A stretch of 59,634 nt of DNA from an uncultured Gammaproteobacteria bacterium (GTDB taxonomy: Bacteria; Pseudomonadota; Gammaproteobacteria; Steroidobacterales; Foliamicaceae), in NCBI GenBank assembly GCA_964392625.1, contig CAYMQG010000045.1, positions 1-59,634 of the forward strand, read 5' to 3'. Made by a program: the position numbers and the translations under genes. Under the pieces are notes generated by a model that ran no database searches, was not told the origin of the DNA, and worked only from the letters and a program-made list of their open reading frames with translations. Shown here piece after piece: positions 33,737 through 43,567 of the stretch. Positions within the stretch are counted from its first letter, which is position 1; each line of letters opens with the position of its first letter.

Positions 33737-36502
33737 ATGCAACATTTGACAAAGACGTTCGCGCTGCTGCTGCTCGCGCTGCCGGCAGGCGCCCTTGCGG
33801 ACGAGGATCCACTGGGCATTTCCGCCGGCGAGGGCGGGTTCGAATATGTCACGAGCGTGGAAGGCATTCACGAGTACTCGCTGCCCAACGGCTTGCAGGT
33901 GTTGCTGTTTCCCGACAGCGCGCAGGCGCGCGTGACCGTCAACGTCACGTACCGCGTCGGCTCCATGCATGAGAACTACGGCGAAACCGGGATGGCGCAC
34001 CTGCTGGAGCACCTGCTGTTCAAGGGCACGCCGGACAATCCCGACATACCCAAGATCTTCAACGAGCGCGGCATGGGTTTCAACGGCACGACCTGGCTTG
34101 ATCGGACCAATTACTTCGAGAGTTTCGAACCCACCGACGACAACCTGGAGTGGGCCTTGCGCATGGAAGCCGACCGCATGGTCAATTCCTTCATCGCCTA
34201 CGAAGACCTGCAATCCGAGTTCTCCGTGGTGCGCAACGAGATGGAGAGGGGCGAGAACAGCCCGTCCCGAATGCTGGACCAGCGGGTCCGGGCGGCGGCC
34301 TTCGAATGGCACAACTACGGGAACTCGACGATCGGCGCGCGCTCCGACGTCGAGGGCGTGGACATCGGCCGCCTGCAGGCCTTCTACCGCACTTACTACC
34401 AGCCCGACAACGCCACGCTCATCGTGGCCGGGGACTTCGATCCGGGGGAGGCGGCCGCGATCATCGCCGAATCGTTCGGCTCGATTCCGTCGCCCGAGCG
34501 CGAGCTGCCTCGCATCTATACTGTGGAGCCGGTGCAGGACGGCGAGCGCATGGTGACCTTGCGGCGCGTCGGAGAGCAGAGCCGGGTCATGGCCGCGTAT
34601 CACATTCCGGCCGGGGCCACGAAGGAGAACACGGCCCTGGATGCGGTATCGCGGATCCTGGCCGATGCCAGCCGCGGGCGGTTGTACCGCAAGATGATCG
34701 AGCCGGGAATCGCCGCCGGCGCGAGCGCACGCGCGGATGCATTCGCCTTTCCGGGGCTGTTCACACTGAACGCTACCGTTCCCGTGGACGGCGACACGCA
34801 GGAGGTGCTTGACGCCCTGCTGAACGTCGCCGAGGGCATTGCCGCGGAGCCGATCACCGGGGAGGAACTCGAGTGGGCGCGGCTCGCCATGGTCTCCAAT
34901 TACGACAACGCGATAAAAAGCGTCGGCTCCCTGGCGCGCATACTTTCCGAAAGCATCGCCGCGGGCGACTGGCGATACATATTTCTTTACAAGGACCAGT
35001 TGGACGCGCTGTCCGTCGAAGACCTGAACGCGGCCGCGGCGAAGCACTTCAAGCGCAGCAACCGCACCGCCGGCATGTTCATCCCCACCGAGAACCCGGA
35101 CCGGGCCACGGTGGCATCCCGGGGCGACCAGAATGAAGACCTTGCGGCCCTGGCGGGGCGGCAGTCGGTAAGCGCGGGCGAGGAATTCGTTCCCACGCCG
35201 GAGAATATCGCGGCCCGCACGGTCAGGCAGCAACTGGCCGGCGGCGGCTCGCTGTGGGCGATCGAGAAGAAGTCGCGCGGCGACCGGATCATTGTCTCGC
35301 TGAACCTGTTCTTCGGTAACGAAGAGAGCCTGGCCGGCAAGCACGGTTTGGCCGGATACGCCGCCGGACAGCTTCAGCGCGGCACGACGCGCTACACGCG
35401 CGACGAGTTGGCCACCGAATGGAACCGTTTGAAGAGCGACCTCAACCTCAGGGGCGGAGGACAGAGAATCAACGCCTCGCTGCAGACGGACGAGGCCAAT
35501 TTCGATGAAGCGCTGGCCCTGATGGCGCATGTGCTGCGCGAGCCGGTCTTCGATCCCGATCAGCTGGAGGAAGCGAAACGCTCGGCGCTGGCGAGCATTG
35601 CGGGGGCCCGCGGTCAGCCGCAGAGTGTCGTTTCCGTTGCCCTGTCCAAGGCGCTGAGTCCATACGGACCGGATCACTTTCGTTATGCCATGGACCTGGA
35701 CGAGCAGGAGGAGATGATCCGGAACATGGACCGGGACGCGCTGGCCGAATTCTGGAATGCCCACGTCGGATTCAGGGGAGCGATCGCACTTGCCGTGGGC
35801 AATTTCGATACCGCGGCGCTGGCCGCGCGCCTGAATGAACTGTTCGGCGATTGGGAGGCGGCCGTCGATTATGTGCCGGCGCCAAACCGTCACCATCCGG
35901 TGCAGGCGCGGGAGGAATGGCTGGATACGCCCGACAAGGCCAACGGGATCATGGTCGCGGCGCTGCCGATTCCTCTCAACGTTCGCGATACCGATTACGC
36001 GTCTCTGTTCATCGGCACGCGCATCTTCGGCGGCGGGGGCTTGAGCAACCGCCTGATTGATCGCCTGCGCCAGAAAGAGGGCTGGTCCTACGGCGCGGGC
36101 GGCGGCATGAACGCGGCGGAGCGGGAAGGCGACGACAGCGGGGCGCTGTTTGTTCAGGCCATCGCGGCCCCGGAGAACCTCTCGAAGGTCCGGGGCGGGG
36201 CGCTGGAAGAATTGCAACGCGTGATTGACGATGGTTTCACGGCCGAGGAGCTTCAGGACGCCGTGGACGGCGCCATTTCGGGGGACCTGAACTCCTGGTC
36301 CAGCGACGCGGCCCTGACCGGCATACTCAGTTCCGGCGCGGAACACGGTCTCGATGCGCTGTGGTACGGGGCGTTGCACGCGCAGTACAGGGCGCTGACG
36401 ATCGAGGACGTCAACGAAGTCTTCCGCAAGTACTACAAGGCCGATGACCTGGTGATCTTCATCGGCGGCGACAAGGCCAAGGCGGAAGACGCCGAATCGT
36501 AA
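33737..36502 (+). CDS. Secreted M16 family zinc peptidase (PqqL/pitrilysin-like)
   Basis: Signal peptide, inverted zinc motif HLLEH, NGTTWLDRTNY, YYQPDNA, LRQKEGWSYG. Confidence 0.92.
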   Translation: MQHLTKTFALLLLALPAGALADEDPLGISAGEGGFEYVTSVEGIHEYSLPNGLQVLLFPDSAQARVTVNVTYRVGSMHENYGETGMAHLLEHLLFKGTPDNPDIPKIFNERGMGFNGTTWLDRTNYFESFEPTDDNLEWALRMEADRMVNSFIAYEDLQSEFSVVRNEMERGENSPSRMLDQRVRAAAFEWHNYGNSTIGARSDVEGVDIGRLQAFYRTYYQPDNATLIVAGDFDPGEAAAIIAESFGSIPSPERELPRIYTVEPVQDGERMVTLRRVGEQSRVMAAYHIPAGATKENTALDAVSRILADASRGRLYRKMIEPGIAAGASARADAFAFPGLFTLNATVPVDGDTQEVLDALLNVAEGIAAEPITGEELEWARLAMVSNYDNAIKSVGSLARILSESIAAGDWRYIFLYKDQLDALSVEDLNAAAAKHFKRSNRTAGMFIPTENPDRATVASRGDQNEDLAALAGRQSVSAGEEFVPTPENIAARTVRQQLAGGGSLWAIEKKSRGDRIIVSLNLFFGNEESLAGKHGLAGYAAGQLQRGTTRYTRDELATEWNRLKSDLNLRGGGQRINASLQTDEANFDEALALMAHVLREPVFDPDQLEEAKRSALASIAGARGQPQSVVSVALSKALSPYGPDHFRYAMDLDEQEEMIRNMDRDALAEFWNAHVGFRGAIALAVGNFDTAALAARLNELFGDWEAAVDYVPAPNRHHPVQAREEWLDTPDKANGIMVAALPIPLNVRDTDYASLFIGTRIFGGGGLSNRLIDRLRQKEGWSYGAGGGMNAAEREGDDSGALFVQAIAAPENLSKVRGGALEELQRVIDDGFTAEELQDAVDGAISGDLNSWSSDAALTGILSSGAEHGLDALWYGALHAQYRALTIEDVNEVFRKYYKADDLVIFIGGDKAKAEDAES

Positions 36503-36547
36503 CCGGGGGAGGGCGTCCCGCCCTCCGGGAAGGCGAGACGCCTTCCC
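36503..36547 (+). repeat. Palindromic repeat copy A (double hairpin, intergenic)
   Basis: GGAGGGCG-tcc-CGCCCTCC (36508-36526) plus GGGAAGGCG-aga-CGCCTTCCC (36527-36547) between convergent stop codons. Confidence 0.85.
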
Positions 36548-36551
36548 TCCT

Positions 36552-37388
36552 CTAGGAGGTGTTCAGTTGCGCGATGCCGTGCCCGGTGCGTGTGCGGCGT
36601 GTGCGCCGGGTCTCCCGGCGGATCGCGAGATTGGCTGCTCGCGCCCGGGAATCCACGTAGCCGCGGGGATGGTCCAGGTGCAGGCAGGTGACCCGGTGGC
36701 GAATGCGCTTGCCGCGGATTCCGGCGTTTTCCAGACGCTCGCCCAGTTCCCGGTCTTCTCCACCGTAGCCCATCCGCTCGTCGAAACCGTTCGCCGCAAG
36801 AATGTCGGCCTTCCAGCCCGACGCGTTGTGACCGTTCCAGCCCGCGGTGGCCGGGGACATGCGGTCCAGCACCGCGCCGAAGCCGCTTCCGGCAGTGAGT
36901 TTGAGAAGCTTGTAGGTCTGCGGCATGCCGTGGCTGCGCAGCCATGAGGCGGAGAAACAGCGTCCCGCCGCGATGTCTTCCGCCCGGATGTTGTGCGACA
37001 GTCCCAGCGGCAACCTGAGCAGGCCGCCCGAGAGGAAACGCCGCGGCGCGGCCAGGTCGAGATGCCGGGCCACGAATTCCGGCTGCGGGATGCAGTCCCC
37101 GTCGGTAAAGATCAGGTAATCGCCACGCGCCCTGGCGATGGCCTTGTTCAGGATCCGGCACTTGCGGAAGCCGCGATCCTCCTGCCGGACGTGCTCGATC
37201 TCAAGTCCGGCGCCGCTGCGGGCATTGCGGATGACTTCGGCCGTGTCCTCGCCGGAGCCGTCGTCGGCCACGACGATTTCGAATTCCCGGTGGGTCTGAT
37301 GGGCGAAGCCGCAAAGTGTCTTTTCCAGCCACTCGGGCTGCCGGTAGGTGCTGAAAATGACCGTTACGTCACACGGACGTCCGCTCAT
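36552..37388 (-). CDS. Glycosyltransferase family 2
   Basis: STY, VVADDGS, NKAI, FTDGDC (DxD), NGFDERM.YGGED. Confidence 0.9.
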   Translation of the reverse strand: MSGRPCDVTVIFSTYRQPEWLEKTLCGFAHQTHREFEIVVADDGSGEDTAEVIRNARSGAGLEIEHVRQEDRGFRKCRILNKAIARARGDYLIFTDGDCIPQPEFVARHLDLAAPRRFLSGGLLRLPLGLSHNIRAEDIAAGRCFSASWLRSHGMPQTYKLLKLTAGSGFGAVLDRMSPATAGWNGHNASGWKADILAANGFDERMGYGGEDRELGERLENAGIRGKRIRHRVTCLHLDHPRGYVDSRARAANLAIRRETRRTRRTRTGHGIAQLNTS

Positions 37389-38050
37389 GCTTTACCCTGG
37401 CGCTCCGCCCCGTCGTCTCCATCGACGCGGGGAAGATCGTGCGGGTCCGGGACCACGACGCCCACCGAAACGACAAGCTTGATCGCGTCCTCCACGCTCA
37501 TGTCCAGTTCAATCAGGTCCTTCCGCGGGGCGACAACCAGGAACCCGGAAGTCGGGTTCGGCGTGGTGGGCACGAAGACGCACACGGAGTCCGGTGTGTG
37601 TTCGGCAAGCTGGCCCACCGTGCTGGACGTTTGAAAGGCGATGCAGTAGATGCCCTTGCGCGGGTATTCGATCAGCAGCACCCTGCTGAACGAGCCGCGC
37701 TTGCCGCTCAGGACCATCTCCAGAAAGCCCTTGGCGGCCGTGTAAATCGTCCTCACCAGCGGAATCCGGCGCAGGACCGCTTCCCAGAAGCCGATGATGC
37801 GCTTGCCGAACACGTTGGCCGCCACCAGTCCGGTGACGAACAGCAGCACCAGGCTGAGCACCACGCCCAGCCCGGGAATCGGGAACCCGAGGAGCGCTTC
37901 GGGCCGATAGGGTTCCGGAATCAGCCTCAGCGTCTGGTCGGCCAGGTCGATGAGCAGCTGCAGCACCAGTACCGTTATGCCGACGGGGACCCAGACCAGC
38001 ATCCCCGCCACCAGCACGCGCCTCAGGCGTGGCCACCAGCTCCTAAGCAT
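37385..38050 (-). CDS. DUF502 membrane protein
   Basis: Two TM segments, RIPLVRTIY, IEYPRKG, FVPTTPNPTSGF. Confidence 0.9.
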   Translation of the reverse strand: MLRSWWPRLRRVLVAGMLVWVPVGITVLVLQLLIDLADQTLRLIPEPYRPEALLGFPIPGLGVVLSLVLLFVTGLVAANVFGKRIIGFWEAVLRRIPLVRTIYTAAKGFLEMVLSGKRGSFSRVLLIEYPRKGIYCIAFQTSSTVGQLAEHTPDSVCVFVPTTPNPTSGFLVVAPRKDLIELDMSVEDAIKLVVSVGVVVPDPHDLPRVDGDDGAERQGKA

Positions 38051-38075
38051 TGCTGACGGGGCTGTCAGGCATGGC

Positions 38076-38405
38076 TCATGCGGCTGCTGCGTCGGATGCG
38101 GGGCTCGCGCCGGAGTCCTTGCCCGAGGAAGAGTCCGACTTGTCCTTGCCGCCGGTTTCGGATGCCGACTTGCCGGCGCCGTTTTCCGCGTCCTTTCCCG
38201 CGCCGTCGGGCTTGTCCCGCCCGCTGTTCTTGAAGTCGGTCTCGTACCAGCCGCTTCCCTTCAGCCGGAAATGCGGCGCCGACACGAGCTTCTTCAGACC
38301 CGGCCGCTCGCATTCGGGGCAATCGCTCAGGGGCGGATCGCTCATCTTCTGCAGCGCGTCCAGCCGGTACCCGCACTCGCGGCATTGGTATTCGTAGATG
38401 GGCAT
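38076..38405 (-). CDS. FmdB family zinc-ribbon protein
   Basis: MPIYEYQCRECG...CPEC...FRLKGSGWYETDFK. Confidence 0.92.
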   Translation of the reverse strand: MPIYEYQCRECGYRLDALQKMSDPPLSDCPECERPGLKKLVSAPHFRLKGSGWYETDFKNSGRDKPDGAGKDAENGAGKSASETGGKDKSDSSSGKDSGASPASDAAAA

Positions 38406-38440
38406 GGGAGCAGGAAACGAGCCTTGGGGCGGCGGCTAGT

Positions 38441-40204
38441 TTATAACGGACGCAAACCGAGTTCCCGCAGTTGCCCGGTTTCCACGGCGGCGGGCGCATC
38501 GGTAAGGGGGCAGGCGCCGGACTGCGTCTTGGGAAAGGCGATCACTTCGCGTATCGATTCGGCCTCGGCCATGAGCATGACCCAGCGGTCCAGCCCGAAG
38601 GCGATGCCGCCATGCGGTGGGACGCCGAAGTCCAGCGCCTTGAGGAAGAACCCGAACTGCCGGTCGGCTTCATCCGCCGAAAGCCCCAGCAGCTCGAACA
38701 CGGCGGCCTGCATGTCGCGCTGGTGTATGCGGATCGAGCCGCCGCCGATCTCGTGGCCGTTCAGGACCAGGTCGTAGGCGCGGGACGAGGCTTGCGCGGG
38801 CCTGTCCAGGAGCTCCTCCGGGGCCGTTACGCCGGGAGCGGTAAAGGGGTGATGGAGCGCTTTCCAGCGCTTTTCGTCTTCATCGAACTCGAATCCCGGG
38901 AATTCCATGATCCACACCGGCGCCCAGCCGCCGGCGATCAGGCCCCGTTCCCGCCCGAGACGGTCGCGCAGGGCCGACAGCGTGCGGTTGACGATCGCCG
39001 TCGCACCCGCTCCGAACAGCAGGAGATCTCCCTCGGCCGGGGCGGTCTTCTCGGTCAGCGCCGCTATTTCCTCATCAGCCAGGAACTTGAGCACCGGCGA
39101 CTGCATTCCGTCCCGGCCACGGGCCGGTTCGGCCACCTTGATCCAGGCCATGCCCTTTGCACCCATCGCCTGCACGAATCCGGTCAGTTCGTCGAGTTCG
39201 CGGCGGGTCAGTTCGGCTCCGCCAGGGATCTTCAGCGCCGCCACGCGACAGGCGGGGTCCCGGGCCGGGGCGGAGAAAACCTTGAACTCCGCATCCTTCA
39301 GGACTTCGCTCAGTTCGACCAGTTCCAGTGGATTGCGCAGGTCGGGCGCATCGCTGGCGAACCGCCGCATCGCCTCGGCGTAGGTCATGCGCGGAAACGG
39401 ATCCGGCAGTTCCACGTCCAGCACTCCGGCGAACACCTCGCGCACGAGGGTCTCCATCAGTCCGGTCACTTCCTCTTCGTCCACGAACGACAACTCCACG
39501 TCGAGCTGGGTAAATTCCGGCTGGCGGTCGGAGCGCAGGTCCTCGTCGCGGAAGCAGCGCACGATCTGGTAGTAGCGGTCCAGTCCCGACATCATCAGCA
39601 ATTGCTTGAACAGCTGCGGGGACTGGGGCAGGGCGTAGAAGCGACCCGGCCGGTTGCGCGCCGGAGAAAGAAAGTCGCGGGCGCCTTCGGGCGTGGCGCG
39701 GGTAAGCATGGGCGTTTCCACGTCGACGAAGCCGCGTTGGTCCAGGAACGCGCGTATCGCGGCGAAAACCCTGTGGCGCAGACGCAGCCGGTCAAGCATT
39801 TCCGGCCGCCTGAGGTCAAGGTAGCGGTACTTCAGCCGCAACTCCTCGCTGGCGCCCTCGCCGTGGTGGAAAGGCAGGTCCCGCGCTTCCGAAATAATCT
39901 CCAGGTCTTCCGCCACCAGCTCGACTTCTCCCGTATTCAGGTCGGGGTTGGCGGTGCCTTCGGGGCGAATCCGCAGGGCGCCGCGGGCCCTGAGCACGAA
40001 CTCGGCGCGCGCCGCCTCGGCAATGGCGAAAACGTCCGCCTGGTCGGGGTTGCACACCAGTTGCAGAATGCCCTCCCGGTCGCGCAGGTCAATGAAGATC
40101 ACGCCGCCGTGATCGCGCAGCCCGTTGACCCAGCCGCACACCTCGACCTGCTGCCCGGCGTGCCCGGCGCGCAGTTCACCGCAGTAGTGAGATCGCATGT
40201 TCAT
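38441..40204 (-). CDS. aspS: Aspartate--tRNA ligase, probably non-discriminating (Asp/Asn)
   Basis: RDHGGVIFIDLRD, TPEGARDF, LPQSPQLFKQ, FRDEDLR, GGGSIRIH, PPHGGIAFGLDR. Confidence 0.97.
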   Translation of the reverse strand: MNMRSHYCGELRAGHAGQQVEVCGWVNGLRDHGGVIFIDLRDREGILQLVCNPDQADVFAIAEAARAEFVLRARGALRIRPEGTANPDLNTGEVELVAEDLEIISEARDLPFHHGEGASEELRLKYRYLDLRRPEMLDRLRLRHRVFAAIRAFLDQRGFVDVETPMLTRATPEGARDFLSPARNRPGRFYALPQSPQLFKQLLMMSGLDRYYQIVRCFRDEDLRSDRQPEFTQLDVELSFVDEEEVTGLMETLVREVFAGVLDVELPDPFPRMTYAEAMRRFASDAPDLRNPLELVELSEVLKDAEFKVFSAPARDPACRVAALKIPGGAELTRRELDELTGFVQAMGAKGMAWIKVAEPARGRDGMQSPVLKFLADEEIAALTEKTAPAEGDLLLFGAGATAIVNRTLSALRDRLGRERGLIAGGWAPVWIMEFPGFEFDEDEKRWKALHHPFTAPGVTAPEELLDRPAQASSRAYDLVLNGHEIGGGSIRIHQRDMQAAVFELLGLSADEADRQFGFFLKALDFGVPPHGGIAFGLDRWVMLMAEAESIREVIAFPKTQSGACPLTDAPAAVETGQLRELGLRPL

Positions 40205-40226
40205 TGAATGTGCAAGCGCCCCCGGA

Positions 40227-40246
40227 CTGCCGCCGGGCGGCGGCAG
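40227..40246. terminator. GC-rich hairpin between the membrane-protein gene and aspS
   Basis: CTGCCGCC-gggc-GGCGGCAG; no U-tract, so role uncertain. Confidence 0.3.
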
Positions 40247-40270
40247 AGATGGGTTGGGTCCTGAATTCGC

Positions 40271-41218
40271 CTAATTCGCGCTGAGTTCCTGCTGCATCTC
40301 AGCCATGCGCTCGCGCTCCTTCTTGCCTGCCGGCATCCCCAGGCACAGCCCCACGACCAGCAGCGATGCGACGGCCACGGCGAGAACCTGCCAGCCGTAC
40401 TGCTCCAGGTTGACAAAGAAATCGTCCACCCAACCCCATCGTCCCACGAATTCATACGCGTTCCAGCTGATGATCGCGGTGGCGATCGAATACCGTAAGG
40501 CCGTGGCCACGCGCTTGAACCGCAGCAGCCGCCGCAACAGATAGATGGCCCAGACCGCGTTCAGCGCGGCGATTCCGTAAGTGACCGGATGACGCTCGCC
40601 GAGCACGTTCTCGTCATAGATCAGCAGCAGGAACAGGTAGAAGAACCAGATCAGGTAGATGGTTTCCAGCGCGGTGATCGCGGCGAAATTACGCTTGTGG
40701 CCTTCGGTGGGCTTGCCGGTTCCCATACCCAGCCAGCGCTGGCACCAGCGGAAGAAGTTGCAGCGGGTCTCGCGGTTGAACAGGAAGTAGACAAGGGTGG
40801 CGAGCATCACGCCCAGCGAGGACATCATGACCAGGTACTCCGGGTTGGTGGCCACCTCTCCGGCCTCGTCCAGGAGGGGCGCCACGCCCAGCCAGCGCGC
40901 GTAATAGACGAAAGAGAATTCCACCCACCCCGTCCACAGCAGCCAGGCGGCGAAATAGCCCAGCCAGGTGCCGCTGACTTCGCTGTCCTGGCGCATCCCG
41001 TACCAGAGCAGAACGGCCCCCACCAGCCCCATGACGCCGGCAAAGTAGTACATGCCGGGCTCGCCCATGGATTCCTCCATCTGGATCATCACCGAATGGC
41101 CGAGCCCCTGGGATATGAAGAACACCGCAAACGGGAACAGCCCGATGAACGGAGGGCGCGCGAACGCCCAGATCAGCCAGCTTCCAGCACTCGATTTTTC
41201 GGTGTTCTGCGTGTTCAT
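40271..41218 (-). CDS. Polytopic membrane protein of unknown function
   Basis: About 7-8 hydrophobic segments, normal codon bias; motifs LGH, WTGWVEF, ETIY. Confidence 0.8.
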   Translation of the reverse strand: MNTQNTEKSSAGSWLIWAFARPPFIGLFPFAVFFISQGLGHSVMIQMEESMGEPGMYYFAGVMGLVGAVLLWYGMRQDSEVSGTWLGYFAAWLLWTGWVEFSFVYYARWLGVAPLLDEAGEVATNPEYLVMMSSLGVMLATLVYFLFNRETRCNFFRWCQRWLGMGTGKPTEGHKRNFAAITALETIYLIWFFYLFLLLIYDENVLGERHPVTYGIAALNAVWAIYLLRRLLRFKRVATALRYSIATAIISWNAYEFVGRWGWVDDFFVNLEQYGWQVLAVAVASLLVVGLCLGMPAGKKERERMAEMQQELSAN

Positions 41219-41307
41219 TATCCGGCCACCGGCAAGCTGTCGGAAAAACCTATACTATAACCGTTCGAACCGAAAACTCGCCTTGAATCGGGGCCGGAGA
41301 AGCGCAC

Positions 41308-41769
41308 GTGGTGAAGATCGAAAACCTCAGGGAATGGGAGGGCCGCGAGCTCACTCCGTCGGCCTGGTTTGACGTGGATCAGGCCCGGATCGACTCCTTT
41401 GCGGACTGCACTGTGGATCATCAGTTCATTCACGTCGATCCCGAACGCGTGGCGCGCGAAACCCCTTTCGGGTCCACCATCGCGCACGGCTTTTTGACGC
41501 TGGCGCTTTCGGTGCACCTCGAGTCCCCCGAAATGTCGGAAATCGAGGGCATCGGCTTCGTCGTCAACTATGGCCTGGACAAGCTGCGGTTCATCAACCC
41601 GGTCCCGGTGAATTCGCGCGTTCGGGTTCACTCCACGCTTACCGAGGTCCGGGAACGGGGTCCGGGCCGCATGGTCATCCGGCTTGAGAAATCGATGGAA
41701 ATCGAGGGCCAGGAAAAGCCTGCCTGGGTAGCGCAACAGCTCTTCATGCTGATATCGCAGGACTCCTGA
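41308..41769 (+). CDS. MaoC family dehydratase
   Basis: FADCTVDHQFIHVDPE, TIAHGFLTL, NYGLDKLRF..PV. Confidence 0.92.
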   Translation: MVKIENLREWEGRELTPSAWFDVDQARIDSFADCTVDHQFIHVDPERVARETPFGSTIAHGFLTLALSVHLESPEMSEIEGIGFVVNYGLDKLRFINPVPVNSRVRVHSTLTEVRERGPGRMVIRLEKSMEIEGQEKPAWVAQQLFMLISQDS

Positions 41770-41779
41770 TCCCAGCCGC

Positions 41780-42547
41780 GTGGACGAACTGTTCAACCTG
41801 GAGGGCCGCACGGCGCTGATCACCGGCTCCACGCGGGGCATAGGCAAGGCCATCGCCACGCGGATGGCGGAGCACGGGGCACGCGTAACCGCGTCCAGCC
41901 GCAAGGCGGATGCCTGCGAGCAGACCGCCGAGGAACTGAACCTGCGGTTCGGCAAGGGAACGGCCATTTCCGCGCCCTGCAACGTCTACCACAAGGACCA
42001 GGTGGAGGACCTCGTGGCGCGCACCCGCGCGGCTTTCGGCGCCATCGACATCCTGGTCTCCAATGTGGGCGTGAACCCGCACTTCGGCCCCCTGCTCGAT
42101 ACGTCCGACAGCGCCCTGGAGCGGATCTGGCGCTGCAACGTCACGGCCAGCCTATGGCTGAGTCAGCTGGTCGTTCCGGACATGCAAAACCTGGGACACG
42201 GCCGGATCGTGCTGATTTCCTCGTACGTGGGCCAGACGGCGCACGGCAAGATCGGCGCCTACGGCATGTCCAAGGCCGCGGAGATCCAGATGGCGCGCAA
42301 CCTGGCGCTGGAGTACGGCCGCGACGGCATTACCGCCAACGCGATCTGCCCGGGATTGATCAAGACCGATTTCTCGCGCGCCCTCTGGAGCGATGCCGAG
42401 GCCCTGGAGGGCTTTCTGGACACGACCGCGCTCGGACGGATGGGCGCTCCGGATGAAGTGGCCGGGCTGGTCGTGTTTCTTGCCTCGCCCGCGGGCGCCT
42501 ACGTGACCGGCCAGGCGCTGCTGGTGGACGGCGGCGTCCACGTCTGA
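41780..42547 (+). CDS. Short-chain dehydrogenase/reductase (DHRS4-like)
   Basis: TGSTRGIG, YGMSK (YxxxK), PGLIKTDFSRALW. Confidence 0.92.
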   Translation: MDELFNLEGRTALITGSTRGIGKAIATRMAEHGARVTASSRKADACEQTAEELNLRFGKGTAISAPCNVYHKDQVEDLVARTRAAFGAIDILVSNVGVNPHFGPLLDTSDSALERIWRCNVTASLWLSQLVVPDMQNLGHGRIVLISSYVGQTAHGKIGAYGMSKAAEIQMARNLALEYGRDGITANAICPGLIKTDFSRALWSDAEALEGFLDTTALGRMGAPDEVAGLVVFLASPAGAYVTGQALLVDGGVHV

Positions 42548-42583
42548 TCGCCTTGTACGGGCAACAGGGAGTATCCGTCACGC

Positions 42584-43567
42584 ATGCGCGCGCTGATCTG
42601 CAACGGCTATGCCGAGCGGCCGGAGCTTTCCCTGGGCGAAGCGCCCGCGCCGTCTCCGGACGAGGGTGAAGTGCTGGTGGACGTGCGCGCCGCCGGTCTC
42701 AATTTCTTCGATCTGCTGATGGTCCAGGGCCGCTATCAGCGGCGACCCGAAGTGCCCTTTACGCCGGGCGGCGAGGCGGCCGGCGTGGTTGCGGCGCTGG
42801 GCGAAGGCGTCGAAGGCCTGGCCCTGGGGGACCGGGTCGCCGTGCATGGCCGATCGATGTTCGCCGAACGGGCGGTCGCGCCCCGTCATCACGTTGCGCG
42901 CCTGCCCGCCAACATGAGTTTCGCCCAGGGCGCGGGGTTCTGCATTACCTACGGTACCTGCTACCACGCGTATAAGCAGGTCGCGAAGCTCAAGGCCGGC
43001 GAGACCGTCCTGGTGCTGGGCGCCGGTGGGGGCGTCGGAATGGCGGCGGTGGCGCTGGCGCGCGCCATGGGCGCGCATGTGATAGCGGCCGCGGGCAGCG
43101 CGGACAAGCTGGAACTGGCGCGTGCAATGGGCGCAAACGAATGTATCGACTACACGGGGGACGATTTTCGCGCCCGGCTCAAACGGCAGGCCGGCGGGCG
43201 CGTCGACGTGGTGGTCGATCCCGTGGGCGGTTCGTATTCCGAATCCGCCTACCGGGCCTGCGCGCCGGGCGGACGTTTCCTGGTGGTGGGTTTCGCGGCG
43301 GGCGAGATCCCGCGGCTTCCGCTCAATCTGGTCCTGCTGAAGACCGCGGCGGTGCTGGGCGTGCTGTGGGGCCCGTGGACGGACCGCCAACCCGGCGCCG
43401 CCTGCGAAAACCTTGAAGAACTGTCGGAACTGGCGGCAAGGGGCGCGATAGGCTGCCCCGTCGAGCGCCAGTTGCCGCTGGAGGAATACATGCTGGCCTT
43501 CGAGGCTTTCGCCAACCGGCAGGTCAGCGGCAAGTGGGTTCTGGACATGCAGGGAGGCGGATCATGA
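42584..43567 (+). CDS. NADPH:quinone oxidoreductase family (MDR) protein
   Basis: GLNFFD, PFTPGGE, VLGAGGGVG, DPVGG, VGFAAGEIP. Confidence 0.9.
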   Translation: MRALICNGYAERPELSLGEAPAPSPDEGEVLVDVRAAGLNFFDLLMVQGRYQRRPEVPFTPGGEAAGVVAALGEGVEGLALGDRVAVHGRSMFAERAVAPRHHVARLPANMSFAQGAGFCITYGTCYHAYKQVAKLKAGETVLVLGAGGGVGMAAVALARAMGAHVIAAAGSADKLELARAMGANECIDYTGDDFRARLKRQAGGRVDVVVDPVGGSYSESAYRACAPGGRFLVVGFAAGEIPRLPLNLVLLKTAAVLGVLWGPWTDRQPGAACENLEELSELAARGAIGCPVERQLPLEEYMLAFEAFANRQVSGKWVLDMQGGGS

